Shown here one piece after another: positions 22,925-37,327 of a DNA stretch of 64,000 bases. Within the stretch, counting starts at the first letter, position 1. Every line of letters begins with the position of its first letter. This stretch comes from Paragordius varius. Taxonomy: Eukaryota; Animalia; Nematomorpha. The notes beneath the pieces are model-generated. The model was not told where the DNA came from, did not search any database, and saw only the letters and a program-made list of their open reading frames with translations. The DNA lies in NCBI GenBank assembly GCA_964247055.1, contig OZ176051.1, positions 11,718,001 to 11,782,000 of the forward strand, read 5' to 3'. A program made the position numbers and the translations under genes.

Positions 22925-25030
22925 AGACATCAGTATCAAATAAATTTATTATATAAACATATATATAGATGTGCTTATTTTCATATTAATAACAAAATAG
23001 TAAAATGTTAATCTGTTAAATAAAAAAAAATATGATGAAATGCATGGACAAATTAAACTTAATTCTTTAAATATATTCGCCATTGATAAAAGCATAAATG
23101 TAGAAATTAAATAACTCAAGTCATTGATAAAATTTAGTCTCACATCTAATATGGCTTTCAATATACTTGTTAGAAATTATTTTTGGTAAAAAACGATAAA
23201 TTACAGATGGGGCTAGACACTTTAACTATGCTCATATTAAAGAATTATAAGGAATGAATTTAAATGGCCTTCTACTAAAATATAATTAATGTCTAAAATA
23301 TGCGCTATTTGTTCAGATAATTTCAATAAATCTAATATATTAATAGGTTAAATTGATTATGATTAGTGTTAGAAATGCAAAATGGAAAATTTTATTGTTT
23401 TTTTTCTGAAAAATTTAGTTGATAAAATTTTATTATAGAAGCTATTTAATTTAATTTTTTATGGTATAAAAAAAGGTAATTGGTGAATAACCCCTTTTTG
23501 ACCCCATTTTCTATCTATAATAATTTAACAAATATTCTCTTATAAAAGTATGAAAGATGTGTAACACTTAGTCAGAATAAAGAAATTTATATACAAAATC
23601 AATATATACATATATTATATATATTTATATGCTATGTATTGTTTGTTATATAATAAAATTCTACCACATTTCCAATCAAAATTCCTCATATTTTTTTATT
23701 GATCTTATTATGCATTATGTATGTGTTATTACTGAAGCACTTTTTAAGCCTTACAAATTTTACAAAATTTTTATCATAGGAATTATGAAAAAAAAGTATG
23801 GTTGGTTATATGCAACCAAAATGCAACGCCTGCCTTTCTTTATTGCATTTTATTTTTGTCATATCATCTTATAAAAATGTGACGCTTAAAAGAACAGATA
23901 ACCAAAAATATAAGAATCCCTTTTTAGATCATATCAATATATTTATACGAGTCTATGAAGTTCCTAAAGAACAAGTAAATATAATTACGATAACAAAACA
24001 AAATTATACCCTATAACTAATATAACTCTATTTAATTGGAAAATTATATATAAATATAATTAGATGATTCTAAGTCTAATCACATTGGCGCCTTTGTAAT
24101 ACCAGCTAATGCTTTTGTGTAATCGCATCAAGGTATTACTTTTTCTACAATAAAATCTTAATTGAAAAATTTATCTCAAGTATCTTAATCACTAGATGCG
24201 GGTTTTGATTTACGTAAATCGAGAGTTTAAATTTTATCGTATTAAATATTATCAATAAAAACGAATAAATTTAAAACGAATTCGTAAATTTTTGAAAATT
24301 CATTAACAAATTTTGTTTTTGTCTTAAACCCCCATAAAAAGAGATTGGCGGAAGAAACATAAATAATTATTTTAATACATTTCATGAGATAAATGTTTGC
24401 ACATCGTTTTCTGTACACAAAAATCCATATATTTTAAGCATTTCCGTTTCCTAAAGGCGTCTAAGGCAAAAAAATTAAAACGTAAAAACCACTAATTTTA
24501 CACATAGAGCAATGGAGTGTCTCCTTCCACTTGTATTTGTCTCATAAAACAAACTATAAAAGCGCATATTATAAATATATTGACAAAATTATACTGCTTT
24601 TAGATACTATACATCTCTGGACTTTAACTGTTTGCACAAAGCATGAAAGGGATTCTTTTTAAAATAATCTTTCTTTCACACTACTTTTTATAATTACACA
24701 ATGCTTGTATAAAACTAACTAAATATGACAAACAAACATGCAGGAATAAGCTAAAAATTATTTTGTCAAATGTCCCAACAAACCGTACTACAACAAATAA
24801 ATTGATGTGATAATATTAATATCGTGTATTTGTGTATTTTTTACGGCTCACCAATATTTCTACTAAAGTAGGGGAAAAACTGAAAATTTTAAGACAATTT
24901 CTAGCTATAACCAACTACTATTTATTTTACACTCTGTATTTGGTGTTACATATGCGTATGTAACTTTAATGGAACATCGCATAACATGTAAGCATGCACA
25001 AGGGAAACATCTTCTTATACATCTACATTC

Positions 25031-25035
<5 letters not shown>

Positions 25036-25073
<38 letters not shown>
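25036..25073. repeat. (TA)n microsatellite
   Basis: About 19 TA units upstream of the NALF-like gene. Confidence 0.95.
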
Positions 25074-25074
<1 letters not shown>

Positions 25075-26361
25075 CTTAAAAAAATAACCAATAAAATAAC
25101 AAAAACAGCAAGCAATAATATCTTATAGTTATATTAATTTGGTTATACATTGCTAAAACTACTAACTCTTCTCATCATTATTTTCCGTTTCAGTTATTCC
25201 AATTGTATTCCATTGCCTGCATAAAGTGGTGGTATAATGTAAATGGTGTGAGATTTCATAATAATAATAATACAAACTAAAACCTTCTTCTCTGCTCTAA
25301 ACACATACATACATATACACACACTTAACAAATTGGTAAATTATCTCTTTTAGAAATCTTATATATATATATTATATATATATAAATAATATCGATAAAT
25401 TTTTATCATATAGTAATTAATAGCGAGGAGAAAGCTCTGTACGTTTAATTATCTTTGCCATTATTATTATTATCCAAATTTTTTTTTGAATGCATTGGTG
25501 GATGACCAGACCGTTCCGCTCCTCTCTTCCTGCAATTATCAAAATTATCATTTTTTTTCGTTTTTTACTCATTTTAATATGATATTTAAACCAAATTCGT
25601 CGGAATGGATATATTTATACACAGAAACAAGCCGTTTTATCTGCATCACAGAGTAGCTCATTAGCGCACGCGGAACAACCATAAAAACTATCAATCCACT
25701 TACTTTTACATTATAATAAAATTAAAAACAGATTTTTATAGCCTCTCTTTCTCTCTCTTACACTCTCACATATACAAACACCGAGTGTTGGTTTGTATTC
25801 AACTGCTATTCTATACTTATCCAACACTTAATAGATATAAATGAGTTAGGTATATTTTCGCATTTTATTTGATATAAACCAATAATGAATAATATTTAAT
25901 AATTGCTGATTCTAAACACATACACCACCTACTTAATTTTCTGTGAATGCGGTGGTTTTCGCTGCTCGTTAAATGAACCTTGCCTAACAAACAAATATAT
26001 GTGTATATGCCGAATTTTTTTAAAATTTCACCTAAATATATTTTATGATAGGACCAGGTCAATTTATCCAAATCCATTTTTTATTTACCATATTTCCTAT
26101 CTTTTTTCAATAATTATCAAAACAATCAGTAAGGTTTGAATTAATCATGCAAAGCAAACATCTATCACCAATTAACCAAATTAGTTATCTGTCATACCAC
26201 CTAATATGAAACAAACAGTGTATCATTAGTTCAACATCCTAGAATTTTTCTCACATCAAATAAATTGGGCCAAAATTTGAATTTTTCTCCCGTCTACTTC
26301 TCCGTTCTGAGTCTTTTAACCTCTACCTTGCCCATGAACGTGTATGTTGTGATGATTGACT

Positions 26362-28476
26362 ATGATATATACATGTTATTACCATGAAGATACAGCAAAG
26401 AAAACTACATTTACTCCTGTTGAGATTGATAAATCCCCACATAACACATATTTTAAACATTTTTCAACTCAAAAGCTTGATAAATTACTTTTAAAATTCA
26501 AAGAGTCTGAAAAAACTCTATATTTAGACACATCTAACATCTCAAATTTATCAAAACTCTCAGACCATCAAATCCTTTATACTGATAAACTAAGCGTACT
26601 ACCTCTACCCCATACAAAAAATTATTTGGGTACAAATAATTCTCAACAAAAATATCTCGTAACTAAAACTGAAAATAAAAATAGGGTTATTTCACTTGTC
26701 CTCCTAATTGCATTGTTTAGTCAATCTTTCTTTGTGCCAATGGTCAACGCATTTAATCATACTTCCCGTAACAAACCCTCACTACCACCGTTTAATAGAA
26801 AACCCACCTCTACTTTCATAATAATCGTAGAGAAAGGGTTTGGGATACAACCATTTTTAAACAGGCATTACCATGGTCACAGTGACTTATTTTACTTCAT
26901 TTTACCGCATAGGTTAAAAGGCATTGTGTTTCCTAGAAATCGAGCATATTCGAAGATTCGACTCAAAAATTTTAATAATTTTTTCTACGAAAAACAGAAT
27001 TTAATGCAAATTGATATCCATGATGTTAGGGAGGGAAAATATATAGCAAACCTAATAATTTGTAATGTATGTGAGGTCCTATCGCAAAAACCCTACTCAA
27101 ACTGTGTCTTCCATAAATCTAACTATCCAAATCGAAACGGAAAAAATATTTTTATCTGTAGAAGTATAGCTTGGAACGTCCTAAATAATGATCTATCCCC
27201 AATACCGCTATCGATATATACCGTTACATTAGTGAAAAATAGTATGGAGGCCGTGAATTATGGTCCAAAATCGCATTTACAAAAGTACCCTTACATAACC
27301 TACTATACTAAACAGACTGATGATATTTACTCCCTAACAAGACTTCGCGATCAAAACTTTTATTCACCCAGCTCAAAGTTTAACAATCTTTTTTATACAA
27401 AAAACCGATACACGGGGCCACACATATTCCATTTTTGGAATTGTGATCAGCATAAGCATAACACGGCGAATCAATATCAACCTAAAACACAAAAAATTTT
27501 AACGTATAATATACCTTGGAAGAAAATTTTTCTGGTTACCAAATATGGCACCACCTATGAAGATGAAAGTATTGATAAAATCATTTCAAAATCTTCATAT
27601 CCTGATAATAATGAGGAAATGTTTGGCGCAATGATGTTGAAAAGAGAATATGATTTTATTTCAAAATTAAAACATAAATGGCCCAATAATATAAAACAAC
27701 AGTTACTCTGCATAGCTAATTTAGAAAAATCAAATGCATATGCACCCACTAAGCTAGGTTTGAGAAAAGCACACAATGCATCAAATATATTGAATAATTT
27801 TCCTCGATCTAAAAGACACATGTTACATTATTTTAAACAACAAATGACCATTGATCAAAACTATCCGGAATATGGTATATCGTATCCATATTATAATTAT
27901 CCCATGAGGAGTTACGGAAAACGCGCTTATGTTAATAAAACAATTTCGACATTCAGTACCGCATCAAAGTTAGTTAATAGTCAAGAAACAACAACCACAT
28001 CCCCACCTTTGTCTAAATTTCGAATCAGTGAATCGACTATAAATGCTTTTTGTCATTATATCGGCCAGCAATCTAATGTTAATCAAAATAATTTGGGTAC
28101 TCCAACAACCTTATCCGATGAAGCCCTTGTATATCTCAAAAATGTCAAACTTTCATACTGTGATCGTATACCGATTACTCTTCTTATTCAGGGAATACTT
28201 TCGTCAAATAAACCATACCTATCCACAAATCAAACAACACAAAACGATTATACATCATTGGTTAATTCATTCAATAATTCCAACGAAAGCGAAATCGAAA
28301 ATGACACACCATCTAAATTGGATTTTGAATGGGTTAACGCTTGCATCCACCACATGACAAAAATTAATGAAAATGATCTAGCTATCAAACAATCCATACA
28401 ATCAATTCAAAGCATAATGAGTCGAACAGATTGCATAGATGGGTACTCTATCACATCAAAATGCAATGATTGTGAG
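26362..28476 (+). CDS. NALF1: NALCN channel auxiliary factor (NALF/FAM155/Mid1-like), coding exon 1 of 3
   Basis: 705-codon open exon from the first in-frame ATG (26362). Hydrophobic anchor RVISLVLLIALFSQSFFVPMVNA near aa 109-130. The end, LSYCDRI...ACIHHM...DCIDGYSITSKCNDCE, matches the first half of the FAM155 cysteine-rich domain. Donor GAG|GTAATT at 28476/28477, phase 0. The symbol denotes the family; orthology to NALF1 versus NALF2 is not resolvable. Confidence 0.88.
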
Positions 28477-28590
28477 GTAATTAGATTTAAATTTTTTAAA
28501 TAACACAGTGCGCACATAAATTCAGGATAAATATATTTATAAGGAAAATGGTTAACCGTTTCTTTCCATAAATTTAAATATATCATAAAT

Positions 28591-29498
28591 TATCAGGTGA
28601 AATGGCTTTACTGTTTTTTTCCAAAACATGTAATATGACAAAAAATTAATTATTTTCTTATCAATTGTCTACCGGTTTCTACACATTTTGCCTATCTCTC
28701 AGGTATATGGATGCCATGCAGAAAAACTGAATTTCTATGGCCAACCATTTATTAAGGCATTTTCCAATTTCCATGCCATATTTTCTGAATCATTCCGGAT
28801 GTTTTCCAATTAATGCATGGTTTTAATGCATTTGTTAGCGATAATGTTGTGTATTGACAATTTTACCGGACCTCAAAAATTCATATCGCTTGGTTCCACC
28901 ACATATGATTTTGTTGGCGAAGCGATTTGGACTTGTTGTAGATGGAACGGCAAAAAAGTTCCACACGATGTTCCGCTTTGAAATCACAAAATAAAGCCAT
29001 TTCTCATTACCCGTTTCAATTAGATGCAAAAATTTTGTGTCGCTACGTAGCCAATTCGCATTTTACAATTTGACTTTCAAAATTGTAGATCCATTTACGA
29101 AGCTTATTTTCTTGCTGGTCAACATATATTGATCCTTTTAAAATACATTAATTTTTTTGCCAATCGTGGAGTTTTAGTTGGTTTTTCATCCCGTTTTCAC
29201 TTGACCATATATGTTTTGTGGTTTACTAAAGCGCCCATCTTTCACAATAATTGGAAACTTACTACATAATCGATCAAGCCTATTCACCATGTGTTTATTA
29301 TAGGCTATTTTTTTTGTTCTTAGAAAAGATATGCGTTAATGTACTTTTTCAGGCATAAGACGTTAGCTTTGGCGTATTTGAATTGTGAGTATTTGGAAAA
29401 TGTCAGATAAACATGGCGCCTGTATCAAAATAGTTGTCTGCATACTTTTCGCTAACGTCTTTTCTTAGTTCGGTAATGACTTATGACCACACCTGTAT
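28591..29498 (-). mobile_element. Mariner relic in NALF intron 1
   Basis: Fragments YCERW, FLHLIETGNEKWLYF...PSTTSPN...YEFLRSGKIVNTQHYR and HGIHIPER*AKCVE, matching the mariner TGDEKW and C-terminal motifs. TA-CAGGTG-like ends on both sides. Confidence 0.88.
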
Positions 29499-32422
29499 TT
29501 GTAGATTTTAACCTTGTATATTGTATAATACCCAGTATAATAAGGTTTTAAAAAGTAATTAAATATTCCGATCAAGAATAGGAATATGAATAACACCATT
29601 GGATTTCTACGGTTTACGTTGCATTTAAAGGCAATCATTGTTTTATTTGTTATAATTTTTTTATTATAAATAAATTGGCAATCATGGATTCAAAAAAAGA
29701 CTTTGAAAATAAATAAATATACTTAAATGGGTTTAATCGACGTTTCCTGAAAAATGGTTGCAGATAAACGTTTGAATCGCGCTGGAACATAAATATTTTA
29801 CTTGTTTTTTGAACCAATTACCATTTTAACTTCTTTGGGCCATGCTATATTGAAATAATTTTATCCCGTCATCTTTGTCCAAGAAAATTATTGATGAATT
29901 TTTATGGTATTAACCTTGTGAAAATATGAGATTCGCGGGTTTTACCTTAGCTCTCAAAACAAATTTAGAGTTTAAAATTTTTACTGATATTGATTATTTG
30001 GATTTGGTATGAATCAATAATATCTTATTTTGATAGTAGCCATGCATTAACAATGCCTGTTTAATAATATGTTAAATTATGAATTCGAATATACATTTTT
30101 CGTAATCATTGGTCAAAACCCTATTGCGTTATTGATTAAATGTCCGACTATTATTTAAACTTGTGTGTCGTTTTGAGATATAAATATATAAATATTAAGT
30201 ATTAAATATGTTTGGCATGTTATTGACTTGAACAATTCTCTTTTATTGGATATTGTTTACGCTGAAATATTATTGTATTATAATTGCAATAATAATTCCC
30301 TTTTAGCCATTTGAAATTGTTATAAAGATAAAAAATATGTATATATCTACAAATAACTAAAGCCTTGCCTCAGCCCTCTCTGAGTTAATTTGTATTGCAG
30401 CCAATCACCTTTCTTAAAAGTATCGACTAGTAAATTAGTTTAATCTGTTCTATCGTTTTATGCTTTTTAAGCGATTTAAAAGTCTTTAATATAAATGATC
30501 CTTTCGATTTTCAAAGTTTACTATTTAAATTATTACTTGCGTGTGAGTTTTATGTGAAAAAATATATATTTGATCGAGGTTTTTATTTTAATGTTTAACT
30601 TTTCAGTTTTTTAAGTATATAAAACGCTCTGACCATTATTTATGAGAGGCTTGAAACAACATAAATTATAGTGTTTGAAAAATGGGATTTGAAAGGTTTT
30701 TTTTTGTTAATTAAAAAGTTATTTTATCATTATTATTTATATACTATGTTTCATGTCATTAACACTATTTACGTTTATTTACAATTTTATAAAATTGAGT
30801 TTTGTCATATTTAGCCCTATTTGCAAACTAAATTATTTATATTATAAGTTTTCAAATCTTTCAAAAATATTAATTGTATTTGAGCCTTTTTTTGAATTTT
30901 ATATGTGATAAAAAATTTAGAGGTTCAAATTAGTTCGAGATATATTGCATCAAATATTAAATTTTTGGCTATATAAATATTTCAAGATCAAACTAAATAA
31001 GGTATATTTAATAACTTTTAAATTAAATTTAATTATTATTTAAATGATCTGAATTAGTACATATGTTGGCACCTGATATAATTAAATGACTTTTAATGAC
31101 CGCATAAACGTCAAAAATCCATTCCAATTTAATTTTTTGTTTACTGCTCCTCAACAACTTTTATATAAATAATTTGTTATTTCCTAATCAAATAGTTTTT
31201 TTAGCAACTAAATGAATTTGTAAGATCTTCATTTCGGCACAAATGCTTTGAGTGGAATGCAAAACGCAGTTCCTCAAAAATAACTATTTTATATATTATT
31301 TTAAACCTTTGAATAGTTTATTTTCGATATATCTAATTAAGACATTATTGAGAAGTCATTCTTCTAGCTTATTTTGTCAAAAATCAGGTATTGCTTTGTA
31401 AACAACATAAGCAAAATTGTTTAAATAGGAACCCCTTCTCCATAATTACAAGATGCGGGAATATAAAGATCATTTTCCACATCATGATCTTTTTTAAATA
31501 TACACATATATATATCTAAATTTTGTACAATAAATTTAATTATATATAAAAAGATGCATCCTAATTAATAATATTCTCTAGATTTTGAAAAAATAGATAA
31601 AAAATGTCTTATTTTTTACTTAATATTGGTATGAGTGTTTTATAAAATCCTAGAAGGTTGTGATTTTCTTGGAAATGTTTTATTAACATTAAACAATTTA
31701 AATAATTTAAAAATTAAGGGCATATTTATAATCGGAGATTGCATATAGTACCAGCAGAGGCGAATTAGTTTAGTGGCTGTTTTTAAAAAAGAAATGAATC
31801 ATACATATACCCATAAGATAGATCTACTATAAATTTTACTTGGAAGTGCCTAAGTTAGACTATTTATTAAAATTTATTAATATCATAAACATTATATCGA
31901 TTATACTAGCAAATGTCTATAGATCTAGATCTTTTAAGTCACCAAATTTTTTATTATGGAATATTTTGACATATGCAATATATTATGGAATCTTTTATTT
32001 TTCATTTCTAGCATACTCAGGGGTTAGTCTCATGATTTATTGATCTTATATATAATATTTTAGAAGCTTGATTCTCTCGTCCTTTTTTTGTATTTTTAAC
32101 ATTTTACTGTGGTATATAAATATTAGGATTTTTCACAAAACATTTTATAATAATATCTGTTATACGCTGGAAATATATATTTTGAAATAAAATATTAACA
32201 CTTGGATACAATAGTTGTTAGAAAATTCAAATGCGTTACAAATTGTACTGTGAAAACATTTCATAGTTAAGATTTAGGAAAATCCAATACAAATTTTTAA
32301 CGGTTTTTTCAAATCAAAATGTTTAAGAAATGACAAAACCGTTAAATCCAAAACGGTTCCCAAAAATATTTTTTTCCTTTAAATTTATTCATAATGATCA
32401 ATTTTAATGATAGAAGTATATT

Positions 32423-32682
32423 CATTGGCGTAGCTAATGGGGGAAAAGGGGGGCTGATGCACCAGGGGCCATAGTTGAAGGGGCGCCGGATTTTAAATAT
32501 TTTTAATTTTATTTCAAAAAAATAGGTATTTAAATTTTAAATAATACATAAAAAACTCCCATTTATGAGTGGTCATGACCACGGTTTGAATCTAATTATT
32601 TTTTTGAAAGGAAAGGGGTTGATTGGAGGGGGCGACATCATGGATTTAAACACTGGGCACCAGAACTGCTAACTACGCTTTA
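32423..32682. mobile_element. hAT (Tip100-like) MITE in NALF intron 1
   Basis: Termini CATTGGCGTAGCTA ... TAACTACGCTTTA. 8-bp TSD AGTATATT / AGTATGTT (one mismatch). GC-rich interior. Confidence 0.72.
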
Positions 32683-35600
32683 AGTATGTTGACCGATTTT
32701 CTGAGAGAGCAGTTATTCTAAATTCAGTTATATTTTTGTAGATAGGTATCAAAATGATTCCCGTATAAAAAATAGGGACCAAAATCAGATTTTTTTATAT
32801 TTTTATTACATTGTCTTGTTATACAGTTTTTATGTTAAAATATTAAACCTAACTGATGATCGATTTTAGCAACAACAATAATATAACTTATACCAACATA
32901 TAATAAAAAGCTGGTCAGATCTGTGAAAGAGAAGGGAACAATTTTTTTATTATGACATCATAATTTACATCGAAATAATGATAACTTTTTGTTTTACAAA
33001 GTCGTTCAAAAAATAGCGATTAATTTTAACTATTTTTTATTGTTGCATCTGAATGGGACAAAGAACATATAAAGAGATGCAAATTACTCTGTGCCATTTT
33101 TATATGTAGTCAGTAGCTACTCATCAAAAAAAGTGTTTTAATTTTGAATAAATCTTTTTGAAGGCAAACTACTATTACAAATAACAAGATTTTTTATGAC
33201 CACATAGATAGATACTAAAAATTATTTTTAGTTATAAATACAATTATACTAATATATAAAAATTATATTTTCTATGAAATTGTAATTAGAAAATATATTT
33301 AAAAAATTTCATTTGTTTAAAAAAATAAAGGGACACTTATAAGGCAGGGTTCTTCTCTTTTGACTCTTCTTTGATTGAGATCATATTTTTATTCTTATTT
33401 GTGATTTTTTGATCGAAATGTGTGCTTTCATAAAAAATATACTTTCGATGGTCTTGATACCATCTTAAAATTTTTTATATTTATATTTTAAACACTTAGG
33501 GCTGTTGGGTCAATGGTAGTTTTAGATTTGGTAATATGATAAAGAAACCGTGACTTGTATTGATCATAATCGTCGTTTTGGGAACTGGTTTTTTTGATTA
33601 TGAAATTGTTAATTAAATTACATATTATGGATAATTCACACTATTTAAGTATCATTAAGCTTCTATATTATGTATAAAATGTTAATCGCGGTTTTTAAAC
33701 ATATTTTTCCTAAAATAGTGTAACTGGACTAAAGTTTTTGATTATGAAATATTTTACAGTATTTTAGAAGAAGGATTGTCAATAGCTGTGAGCAAGTTTT
33801 GCAAAATAATTTTTGTTTAGTTTTGGATTGGAATCATCAGCTTTCAGGGGCTGAAAAATGGAAATTGTGCTGCATTTTAGAAATTACCATCAAAAAATCA
33901 GTTTAAGGGTAGGTTTTGAAGACTTTTTTATCTATGATTAAAGTAACTGAAAATTTTCAATTTATAGTTAAGAATGGAAAACTTATATAGGCTTGAATTT
34001 CAAATTGACGATTATGAATAAAGTTAAAATGCAACAATGGGATTTTTTTATATAAGATCATAACTTTATATTTCGTAAAATATTGTTTATAATGTGAAAC
34101 ATAACGTGATTAATCGTTCGGCTAAATACATATGAATTATACTTTAAATCATACACAAAGGGTATATAGTAAAGTCTAGTTTAACATCGGTATTTTACCA
34201 TAAACTTATTAAAGTTTTTATTTGTTCATCTCAGATACCGAACGGGTTAATCACATGTAATAAAAGATTAAGGAGCTATGTGCTAGTAAAAAAATCCAAA
34301 CCCCTTAAACAACTTAAAAAAGGAAACACTTATTTTCCAAATATTGATTTTAACTTTTAAGACGCTTTACTTATAAGTGTCGTTGGATATTGAAACACAA
34401 ATTTGCTTATAATGCATTTTACTACTAATTTATATGGTTTATCAAATCGATCTTTTCTTTAACAACACCTGTGAGCTAGTTTCCGGATTTTCAAAACTGT
34501 TTGGGGCATATGGAAAAATATTGGGAACCACTACTTAAAAGTGGTCTATTTTTAAATATATTCATAAAAATATTTTAAACATTTATTTTTTTATGTTTTC
34601 TTTTCTTTTTATATTCAAAAAAGTTTGATTTGAAGATTCATATTATTGCTGATTTATCTATGATGAATCTTTTATTTGTTGGTTATGAAAACTCTCCTAT
34701 TTTTTATATTAACGGACTAATTAAAAATGCAAATTTTTTTGTTACAAAAATTTAAACAATAATATATTTAACGCTAATTAAAATAATTTTTCCATTTGCT
34801 ATTTACGAGTTTTTGTGTATAGCTTGTTGTATAAAGTTAATTGTTTTTTTATAAATCATAATTAGGATCGAAATTTTTACCACTATTAAAAACTCACACA
34901 ATTGTTTGGTCATTCATGAGACCAATTAAATACCTTTTTTAGGTTATAAACTTCATATTTACACTCATTCGAAAAATTCCTAACAATGATGTCGGAAATT
35001 ATATAGGCGGTATTGATGTATTAGCTTACTTGGATTCCCAGCGCTTTGTTTAAGGTTGTACTAAAATCTAACCTATAAATTAAAGTAAAACAACATTTTC
35101 GGTTAGTTGTGATTATTATATATATTTTTAATCAAATTGATACAAAATGATTCTTTACATAATAAATATAAATAATAAGTACCTTACAATAATTGTTTCC
35201 CAAGTAATTTACCTTTTGTATCCGCTCTATTACTGACCTGATCCCTCTTACTCTTTCAGTTGGAGTTGACGGATTTTAACTATTTTCTTCTTTTAAAATA
35301 TATATTTTTAACCTAAAAATATAATCACGAATAGATCATATAAAACAGATGTAAATAAAATAGAGTTTTGAGAACACGTGAAATTAAAATTAATTATTTA
35401 ATTTTTAAAGCTTATGGTTTGATGAAAAAAACGGTATTCAAGGATGCATTACTTCCCTAATGGACTACTAGGGCATTCCAGTCCGTTTAATCCATGGATA
35501 TAATTAATTATATTTATATTCGATTCGTCCTTTCACAAATATTTCTATAAAAATGAATCCAATTTTCAGCAGAAACTAATAAGGTATGGATAGAGATGAG

Positions 35601-36899
35601 GTTTCATAAGAATGATAATGAAAAAATAAAGCTTTTTTCGAACATAAAATTTGGTCAATAGCTAATTTTAATATAAGCCTGTAAGAAATTGTTTAATCTG
35701 TTTGATGATTTCGGTTTTTTTAATAATCATTGATTATACATTGTCCGAATTTTAACGTTTCTTATATTTTCAAGGGTTTTTCATTTATTACACATCCTAT
35801 ATTAATTATTTTCAATTTAGACCTTATGCATAAAATTAATATTTTCAAGAATTTTTATCCTGAATCTTAAATTGCAAAAAAATACTTGGTCAATAATAAT
35901 CATTACATAATTAAGCTCATATAAAAAAGGGGCGACGAGAGCTTTTTGAAGTTCCCAGGATTCTGTATTCATTTAATAGATTGTACTTTATTTCGATAAT
36001 CAATTATAATAACTTGTGGTTAACTTGTTATGTGATATTTAATTTATCCTTATATCCTTATTAATTATACCATTTTGGGGTATGCTATTTTTTCATTTTT
36101 AACATATATATAAATTATGGCGTGTTAAGCTCAATATTTTATTTTCATGATTTCACAAATTCGTCCACCTCTTTTAAGGCAATTAAAGTATTTTCTTTGA
36201 AATTTATTCCCATGAGATGATATTGAGTTAATTAAATTAAAGATATCGTTTATTATTTGGTTTTTACTTAACAAAAAAACCGTAAACGTTTAAAATTTAA
36301 TTATTTTATATAAAGTATTTTGTGGGTATTGGACATCGGATTTCTAATTCTATTAAAAATGCTAAAATTTAACCAAAATTATGAGATAAAATATTTTTAC
36401 ATCCTATTATTGATTTTCATACAGACTGCTAACTCAAATATATTATTATTAACTTGGTCATAACATATTTATTAATAGACATAATGATGTGGTATAACTA
36501 ATACATTCATTAAATTACATATATATATATATATTTATTAATACTATAATTAAAAAATTAATTAAATGAAAAGTTTTTTCACCAAATTGTATTTACATCA
36601 TACATATAATGACTTAGGTTATTAATAATTTTTTTCCCAATATTTATGAAATGACAAAGTAATTTACTATATATATCATGTTAGAAAACAAGAAAAATAG
36701 TATTTTTCATCCAAAAAATGGACATCAGCTTATATCAAGAGATTAAATGCATATAATTAAGTATTCTTATTTCATTTTTTTAGCAACCAGGTCTAAATTA
36801 ATACCAAAATATGATTTCTTATTTTATTTTTCACAATTTTTCTTATTAACGGCTTAAGTTTAAAACTGATTTTACATTTTATTCAATTTATTTTACTAG

Positions 36900-37254
36900 C
36901 AAGCTTACAAGCTTTGGCTCTGTAGTTCCTTGGTGCCAATGTTCTATGATCCTGGGTCCCAACCTTATCAATCTCAATTTGACTTGGATACTCAAAAATT
37001 TATAAAGCCTGTAAGGTCTAATGTGTCAAATTACAGTCATAACAAAACCATAATAGGCTCTGAGCCTTCATCAGCTCTTAAAGATGAAAACAAAATTGCG
37101 AAACCGCACACCATTCAAGTTTGCAGAGATTTTTGCGATTTAGTCCTAGCAAAATGTCCATATTTTCTCCCAAATGTGGAATATGGCGGCGATCCAACCT
37201 TTCTTTGCACCGATTACCCATACCAGCAAAACCCTTTCATAGGTGAAAATCAAG
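36900..37254 (+). CDS. NALF1: NALF/FAM155-like gene, coding exon 2
   Basis: Acceptor TTTTACTAG| then QAYKLWLCSSLVPMFY...IQVCRDFCDLVLAKCPYFLPNVEYGGDPTFLCTD, matching FAM155 YKAWLCS and C..YC..V...CPF.LP....YGG...FIC. Donor CAAG|GTAGAT, phase 1 (37242 is an alternative phase-1 donor). Confidence 0.92.
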
Positions 37255-37327
37255 GTAGATATATTTTGGAAAAATCATAAGTATATACACGGTGTTATTC
37301 ACAGATAATCAGCTCAGATATTAATGC

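Noticed and set aside
22659-22956. ORF with VLNPIVYT resembling the GPCR TM7 NPxxY motif
   Set aside because: There is no hydrophobic helix before the motif and no other TM exons nearby, and the ORF is opened by an (AT)n microsatellite.
28477-28503. ORF-track C-terminus VIRFKFFK* of the 715-aa ORF
   Set aside because: This is intron read-through. The cysteine-rich domain continues at 36900 after the GTAATT donor.
31840-32043. 67-aa hydrophobic ORF in NALF intron 1
   Set aside because: It has a TTG start and no recognisable family, and hydrophobic codons are expected in AT-rich DNA.
33330-33900. Coding-looking islands on the minus strand (e.g. DDYDQYKSRFLYHITKSK) that might form a nested micro-intron gene
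   Set aside because: I could not assemble a consistent spliced ORF or recognise a family. It is worth rechecking with RNA-seq.
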